Below, in pieces: positions 26,681-32,000 of a DNA stretch of 32,000 bases (its first letter is position 1; every line of letters begins with the position of its first letter). Position numbers and translations under genes: made by a program. The notes beneath the pieces are model-generated. The model saw only the letters and a list, made by a program, of their open reading frames with translations, was not told where the DNA came from and searched no databases. The stretch lies in contig JAUVVC010000006.1 in assembly GCA_030604855.1 (NCBI GenBank), positions 1 through 32,000 on the forward strand, in the 5' to 3' direction. This DNA is from Erysipelotrichaceae bacterium (GTDB lineage Bacteria; Bacillota_I; Bacilli_A; Erysipelotrichales; Erysipelotrichaceae).

Positions 26681-27244
26681 TTAAGCTTCAATTACGAGTG
26701 TATTTTCTTCGAGTTTCCACGGATCTTCACGATTGATGCGATCATAGAAAAGAATGCCATTCAAATGGTCGATCTCATGTTGCAAGACAACAGCTAAATA
26801 TCCATTTGCACGAAACTCAACGACTTCTTGTTTTAGAATATCATAAGCCTTAACCGTGATGCGCGCATGACGGGGAACCAGTCCCTGATGTTCATCTTCA
26901 ACCGATAAACAACCTTCACCGCTCGCCAACACTGTTTTTTGTACGGAATGGGAAATGATCTTGGGATTGGCCAAGACATATTCATCAAAACCATCCTCTT
27001 CATTATCAACCACAACAACCAGCATCTGAACATTGACACCCACTTGTGGAGCTGCCAAGCCAACGGCTGGTTTCAAATCATATTTTTCTGCCTTTTCATC
27101 GTCACGCGAGTCTTTGACATAACGCAACATCCGTTTTGCCAGTGCTTGATATTTCTGGCTCAAAGGCAAGTTTAAAGGTTCAGATTTATCGCGAAGACGT
27201 GGATTATCGTCTTTCACGATCAGTGAGTAAGTTAAGCGATTCAT
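26681..27244 (-). CDS. def: Peptide deformylase
   Basis: GLAAPQVG, EGCLS and HEIDHLNG motifs. ATG 27244 (MNRLTYSLIV) has AGAGG 4 nt upstream. The longer start at 27298 is possible but lacks an SD. Only 8 nt separate the gene from the rnj start. Confidence 0.92.
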   Translation of the reverse strand: MNRLTYSLIVKDDNPRLRDKSEPLNLPLSQKYQALAKRMLRYVKDSRDDEKAEKYDLKPAVGLAAPQVGVNVQMLVVVVDNEEDGFDEYVLANPKIISHSVQKTVLASGEGCLSVEDEHQGLVPRHARITVKAYDILKQEVVEFRANGYLAVVLQHEIDHLNGILFYDRINREDPWKLEENTLVIEA

Positions 27245-27355
27245 ATAACCTCTATATCCCATATCAAAAAAGGTTTCAAACTTTGGATGATATGTCACAT
27301 TCTAAAGTACAGACACATTATAAAGGAAACAAAAGTTTTTGTATAGTGAAATGAA

Positions 27356-28408
27356 TCAAGCCTTGATCTGCTCTTCCGCAAGGACACGGATGAAATCCGG
27401 ATGTTTACGATAACCCCCATAGGCGACTTCCTGCATGACCATGTGATAATTGTGATTGCCTTCGATGATGATCGGACCTTCTGGGCCGATGCACACATCC
27501 CAACCGATCAACCGATCCCCTAAAAGCTCACAGGCATGATTGACCAAGGCAAAAGCTTCATCAAGGTAAGGAACGGGATGCTTATCCAAAACGACATGGG
27601 TGTCAGGATGTTCAAGATAGGTATGATTGCCCACCGCCATCATTTGTAGACCCGGTGCCTTCAAACATTTGTTCTGACGATCCACCGGCACAAAGAAACC
27701 ACCGGAAGAACCAGGATTGTCCACGACGAAACCTTTGCGTCCAAAACGCATCAAAGCGCTCATGACACGACTGGGTTCTCTCAAAGGTTTATAGGTATCG
27801 ACACGTAGGGTGTTGATCGAATAAGGTGAGACTTGTTGAATGATGGGGTGTTGAATGATGGTTTCTTGGATGATGTAATGCGCCTTGATGATGGCGTTAT
27901 AAACGCCATGGAATTCTGCTTCCGTTGTGTTCACATCCAAACGATATGCATTGACGCCACCTTTGCCATCCACCGGTTTGATGAAGATGCTTTGGTATTT
28001 GGATGCTTCAATCCATTGTTTTGCTAAAGTCATAAAATGTGCTCCATCTTTGATTTCAAAGCTTTGTTTGAAATCATGGAAAAGCGTTTCCTCATTATAA
28101 ACAATGATCTTAGGCGTTGGAATCTTATTTTGGATGCAAAACTGATAGAACTTGACCTTATTGATCAAGACTTCAGCGCTTTGGTCACTGTGTAGGATGC
28201 GTGAGAGTTGAAGCTTACCGATTTCCTCATCGCGTAGGAAATGATTAAAAGGCAAACTGTTCTTTCGATACAACAAACGACTCAAATATTCCTTCGCAAA
28301 ACGTCTTTCTAGGATGGAATAATAAGCCAATTCAAAAGCGATTTGAACGAGATTTTTACGCAGGGGATCTTGAAGAATCCGATCGAATTTTGACTTACGC
28401 GTCGCCAT
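27356..28408 (-). CDS. ATP-grasp fold amidoligase-like protein (resembles the sugar-transfer-associated ATP-grasp family)
   Basis: IFIKPVDGKGGVNAYRL, VVDNPGSSGGFFVPVD, HPDT, and LIGWDVCIGPEGPIIIEGNHN at the C-terminus. ATG 28408 has GAGGA 5 nt upstream and overlaps the permease stop by 14 nt. Confidence 0.65.
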   Translation of the reverse strand: MATRKSKFDRILQDPLRKNLVQIAFELAYYSILERRFAKEYLSRLLYRKNSLPFNHFLRDEEIGKLQLSRILHSDQSAEVLINKVKFYQFCIQNKIPTPKIIVYNEETLFHDFKQSFEIKDGAHFMTLAKQWIEASKYQSIFIKPVDGKGGVNAYRLDVNTTEAEFHGVYNAIIKAHYIIQETIIQHPIIQQVSPYSINTLRVDTYKPLREPSRVMSALMRFGRKGFVVDNPGSSGGFFVPVDRQNKCLKAPGLQMMAVGNHTYLEHPDTHVVLDKHPVPYLDEAFALVNHACELLGDRLIGWDVCIGPEGPIIIEGNHNYHMVMQEVAYGGYRKHPDFIRVLAEEQIKA

Positions 28409-29816
28409 GAATGTCCTCGAGACCAAAATTCTGAGCCAATTCGGTATCTGTTGCGTTACGATAGTTTTTGGAACTTAGGTAGAATCCCAAGCCCATCAAC
28501 ACCCAGATCACCAAGGCGATCAAGGAAGGTGTGGACAGAACCGCAGGACTTCCTGGCATTAACAACAAGACCGCAAAGCCGATGGAGAAAAGACTGCCTA
28601 GGAATGCATAAGGTGCATTCTTCTTCAGTTCAGCATTATTTTTATCCCGTAGATACAACACAAAAGCGGTTGCGGAGGTGTAGAAATACCCAATGGCTGC
28701 TCCGATGCTCGCCATATCGACGATCCACAATAGTGCAGCACGACCAACCCAGGGTGCGATCAATGAGATGGCTAAAACAAACAACAACGCAAATGAAGGT
28801 GTCTTATGGACAGGATGGATCGTCCCAAACACTTCAGGAAGCGCATAGGTACGGGCCATGCCCAAGAATAAACGACTGGTAGCCAAGAGAAAGCCATTGA
28901 TGCCACTGAGAATGGCACTTAAGATGGCGATGCCTAAGATAAACAAACCAGCTTTACCCGCAACCATCTCAACCGCTTCACCGGTCGCCCAATGAGGTTG
29001 AGTTTGCAGGTATTCGACCCAAGGGAAGACCATGGCCGTCATGGTATTGACCAAGATGTACATCAAAGCGCCAATGATGATGGAGATGAGCATCAAACGG
29101 TACGATTTCTTAGGATTGAACTTGAATTCTTCGGAAGCCTGGGGAATCGTATCGAAGCCCACAAATGCCCAAGGTGCGATTGCCACAATGGAAAGGATAC
29201 CAGCCCATACCGATTTATTGGGTGAGAATAGAGGTTGAAGATTGTTAAAGTCCACCTGTGGACTGAGTAAGGTCAGAACGAATAAAATGACGATGCCTCC
29301 ACTTAAACCAAACGCTAAGAACTTAGCAAGTGCACCGAATAATTTGACCCCACGAATGTTTGCGATGGTTAATAGGATCAAAGTCAGACTGGATACGAGA
29401 ATTTCACCCAAATAGACATCCCAACCGGCGATGGTATAGAGATACCCCACTTGAATGACCCCTGGAAACATGTATCGACTGATCAAACCCAATGCCGTCG
29501 CATTGAGTGGTACGATGCTTAAGTAAGATAAACCCAACATCCAGGCCGCAAAGAAGGCATGTTTACGTTTGAATCCGACATAGGCATAGGTGAATTCACC
29601 ACCAGCTACTGGAAAACGATGAATCAAGACGCCATAACTACGTGCGATGAAAATCATGATGAGTGCACCGATGCTTAAAGCAATGGCGGTCCCAAGTGGA
29701 CCTGCATCGTTTAAAAACTTATTGCCTGGTAGGACGAAACAACCCCAGCCGATAATGGCACCTAACGCCAACGACCAAACATCCAATTCACTGAGATCTC
29801 TTTTCAATTTATCCAT
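28395..29816 (-). CDS. APC superfamily amino acid permease
   Basis: About 473 aa with roughly 12 TM helices. The N-terminal motif is LSELDVWSLALGAIIGWGCFVLPG. ATG 29816 has GAGGA 7 nt upstream. Confidence 0.85.
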   Translation of the reverse strand: MDKLKRDLSELDVWSLALGAIIGWGCFVLPGNKFLNDAGPLGTAIALSIGALIMIFIARSYGVLIHRFPVAGGEFTYAYVGFKRKHAFFAAWMLGLSYLSIVPLNATALGLISRYMFPGVIQVGYLYTIAGWDVYLGEILVSSLTLILLTIANIRGVKLFGALAKFLAFGLSGGIVILFVLTLLSPQVDFNNLQPLFSPNKSVWAGILSIVAIAPWAFVGFDTIPQASEEFKFNPKKSYRLMLISIIIGALMYILVNTMTAMVFPWVEYLQTQPHWATGEAVEMVAGKAGLFILGIAILSAILSGINGFLLATSRLFLGMARTYALPEVFGTIHPVHKTPSFALLFVLAISLIAPWVGRAALLWIVDMASIGAAIGYFYTSATAFVLYLRDKNNAELKKNAPYAFLGSLFSIGFAVLLLMPGSPAVLSTPSLIALVIWVLMGLGFYLSSKNYRNATDTELAQNFGLEDIHGDA

Positions 29817-29919
29817 GGTTTTATCCTCAATGAAATCATTATACAAACCCATGGACTGAATATCAAACTTGTTCGTGTTTGCGATACGAGAAGCGATCTT
29901 TTTTGATACAATAAGCGTG

Positions 29920-31101
29920 ATGAAAAAAACCAGACTCAGCCTACGCCTCCCGAAGGGAAGAGACCTCTATATACAAATCGCCATGATTCTACTTGGAATC
30001 ATCGGTTTCTTTATGATCATATCCGCCTCCATGACAACCAACACCTCCGCACAGGCTTTGGGCTTGGTTGCGGCAAAGCAGTTTGCTTTTCTATTGTTTG
30101 GCTACATCGGCTACATCATTTTCGCGCGCCTCTTCGATGTGTACTGGTTCAAGCGATACATCATTCCCTTAGCGGTGGTGCTTTTCGTAAGTCTATTGGT
30201 TCCACTCTTTTTCCCAGCAGTCAATGGCGCTCAAGCCTGGATACAATTACCGTTAGGCTTGACCATTCAACCCAGCGAATTTGCAAAACTTGGGGCTGTC
30301 ATTTTATTGGCTGTCTATATTGGGGATGTGCGAGGGCGGAACATACGGCTCTCGGATTTGATACAAGTTCCGTTCTATTACATTGGGGCGACCATCCTCT
30401 TGATCATTTTGATTCAAAAGGATATGGGAACCGGTGTCGTGCTCTTTGTGATGGTGGTGTTTGAGTTCTTGATGGCAGGCCATAAGAAGTTGGTTCCATT
30501 GCAGGTCACGATCGTCGTGCTGATTCTGATATCGGTGGCACTTTCATTTTTGATTTTATCCCCTTCGGGAATCTACTTCGTGAAGAATGTCTTGAATCTG
30601 CCCACGTATATGGTTTCACGTTTCGAGAACACCATCAATCCTTTCATCAATAAGTATGGAAGTGGGTATCAATTGGTCAATGGTTTGGTGGCTTTTGTCA
30701 AAGGGGGCTGGACAGGGGTTGGTTTTGGGAAAAGTCTGCAGAAATATGGTTATCTTCCTGCCGCAAAGACGGACTTCATCTTAGCGGTCTTGGCTGAGGA
30801 ATTCGGTTTTTTAGGAGTTGCGGTTGTGGTGGCTTTGTATTTCACTTTGATCTATCGTCTCTTGAAACATGCTTTGATGGCTAAGAATGAGAAGACACGC
30901 ATGATCTTGGTTGGGATTGCGATGTATCTTTTCAGTCATTTCGTTTTGAACGTCGGAGGGGTGAGTGCCTTGATTCCTTTGACTGGCGTTCCCTTATTGC
31001 TTCTATCTTCAGGAGGATCCAGTACCTTATCCATCATGTTTGGATTAGGCATTGCGCAAGCCTTGATCATCAAGCAGAAACGTGAGGAGCTTGAACCATG
31101 A
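29920..31101 (+). CDS. SEDS family protein (FtsW/RodA/SpoVE peptidoglycan glycosyltransferase)
   Basis: About 10 TM helices with the conserved motifs QPSEFAKL, KTDFILAVLAEEFGF and PLTGVPLLLLSSGGSS. The start is ATG 29920 (MKKTRLSL). An extended -10 TGATACAAT lies upstream. Confidence 0.88.
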   Translation: MKKTRLSLRLPKGRDLYIQIAMILLGIIGFFMIISASMTTNTSAQALGLVAAKQFAFLLFGYIGYIIFARLFDVYWFKRYIIPLAVVLFVSLLVPLFFPAVNGAQAWIQLPLGLTIQPSEFAKLGAVILLAVYIGDVRGRNIRLSDLIQVPFYYIGATILLIILIQKDMGTGVVLFVMVVFEFLMAGHKKLVPLQVTIVVLILISVALSFLILSPSGIYFVKNVLNLPTYMVSRFENTINPFINKYGSGYQLVNGLVAFVKGGWTGVGFGKSLQKYGYLPAAKTDFILAVLAEEFGFLGVAVVVALYFTLIYRLLKHALMAKNEKTRMILVGIAMYLFSHFVLNVGGVSALIPLTGVPLLLLSSGGSSTLSIMFGLGIAQALIIKQKREELEP

Positions 31102-31643
31102 GAATCATCGCAGGTACACGTAAATCCAGAAGCATCAAAGCTTTACCAGGTCAAAACACACGTCCTACCTTGGATGTGGTCAAGGAAGCCCTGTTCGCAA
31201 GCATCGGACCCTGGATTGAAGACAAATTAATCTTGGATCTGTTTGCGGGAAGTGGCAACATCGGTTTGGAAGCTTTATCCAGAGGGGCAAGACATGTGGT
31301 TTTTGTGGATGGCTCCAAAGAAGCCTGTCAGATCATCCAAGAAAATATTCAAAGCTTGGATTTCAAGCAAGCGTCGATTCTTTTGAGAATGGATGCGTTT
31401 CAGGCCTGTCGCTATTTGAAAAACAAACAACAGGTGTTTGACTTGATCTATCTGGATCCACCCTATGCGAAAGTGAATTTGGTGAAAGTTCTGAAAGCCT
31501 TGGAGCCCATCAGTCATCTGGATTCAAGAATCATTTACGAGTGTTTGAAGGATGAATCCTTCGATCTACCCGAAGGCTATGCGCTTGATAAAACAAGCAT
31601 CTATGGTAGAATTGCCTTATACTTCATGCGGAGGACATCATGA
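31098..31643 (+). CDS. rsmD: 16S rRNA (guanine966-N2)-methyltransferase RsmD
   Basis: MRIIAGTRKSR, TRPTLDVVKEALF, LDLFAGSG and DPPY motifs. An ATGA overlap joins it to the upstream gene. Confidence 0.9.
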   Translation: MRIIAGTRKSRSIKALPGQNTRPTLDVVKEALFASIGPWIEDKLILDLFAGSGNIGLEALSRGARHVVFVDGSKEACQIIQENIQSLDFKQASILLRMDAFQACRYLKNKQQVFDLIYLDPPYAKVNLVKVLKALEPISHLDSRIIYECLKDESFDLPEGYALDKTSIYGRIALYFMRRTS

Positions 31644-32000
31644 AAAAAGCCATCTATCCAGGAACGTTTGATCCAATCACACGTGGTCACCTGGATATCA
31701 TTCGACGCGCCAGTTCGCTCGTCGATCATCTCGAAGTCGTCATCATGCACAATCCAACCAAATCATCGTCTGATTTCAGCGTTGAAGAACGTTTGCACAT
31801 GATTGAACTCGTCATTAAAGAATTTGATAATGTCAGCGTCAGTGCCCAACATGGCTTGACGGTAGAATATGCAAAGAAGATCGGGGCAAAAGTTCTGTTC
31901 AGAGGCATCCGAGCGGTCATGGATTATGAGTATGAACTCCAGCAAGCAACTGCCAACATGGTTCTGGCGGAAGAGATTGAAACGGTGTTTCTCTTGACGC
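31640..32000 (+). CDS. coaD: Phosphopantetheine adenylyltransferase CoaD (5' partial, runs off the window)
   Basis: The translation from ATG 31640 reads MKKAIYPGTFDPITRGHLDIIRRAS (T/H-x-GH nucleotidyltransferase motif). An ATGA overlap joins it to rsmD, and the rsmD-coaD pair is conserved in Firmicutes. Confidence 0.9.
   Translation, partial: MKKAIYPGTFDPITRGHLDIIRRASSLVDHLEVVIMHNPTKSSSDFSVEERLHMIELVIKEFDNVSVSAQHGLTVEYAKKIGAKVLFRGIRAVMDYEYELQQATANMVLAEEIETVFLLT

Noticed and set aside
1-32000. Search for CRISPR arrays, transposases/IS ends, integrases, prophage genes, toxin-antitoxin or known defence modules
   Set aside because: I saw no regularly spaced direct repeats, no terminal inverted repeats flanking genes, and no ORF with recombinase, nuclease-defence or phage hallmarks. 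Gene content and tight operon packing are those of a conserved housekeeping region.

Overview
This window looks like ordinary core chromosome from a low-to-moderate GC Bacillota (Firmicutes)-type genome. The lineage cannot be fixed from sequence alone. An Acholeplasma/Streptococcus-like glycolipid glycosyltransferase pair and a short SufD hint at Erysipelotrichia or a related group. About 31 tightly packed genes are supported. They are: two GT4 glycosyltransferases (the second fused in frame to a full RecX module), yhaM, a CsoR-controlled copper operon (copZ-copA-csoR plus an HMA/DsbD_2-like/cupredoxin-like membrane protein), a HIT protein, two tandem PrsA-like foldases, a YciI-like protein, sufCDSUB followed by a translationally coupled 5-formyl-THF cyclo-ligase, an MFS transporter, a Nudix hydrolase, a ytqA/ytqB (radical SAM / MnmM-type methyltransferase) pair, a T-box(Leu)-controlled leuS, an HhH-isochorismatase fusion, a degenerate membrane metallophosphoesterase, a LiaF-like protein, RNase J, peptide deformylase, an overlapping APC permease + ATP-grasp pair, a SEDS protein, rsmD and the start of coaD. 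I see no CRISPR array, transposase, integrase, phage genes or recognisable defence island. The least explained sequence is the 425-bp MFS-Nudix intergenic region (17578-18003). It carries four C-runs arranged as two hairpin / single-stranded C-tract / terminator modules, one of them behind a near-consensus promoter and a perfect 21-bp palindrome. This is either an RsaE/RoxS-style C-rich sRNA pair or a cis-acting leader for the Nudix gene. Other second-look items are domain fusions and unusual gene couplings of modest novelty. All calls rest on reading motifs in the supplied translations and DNA; no database search was possible.
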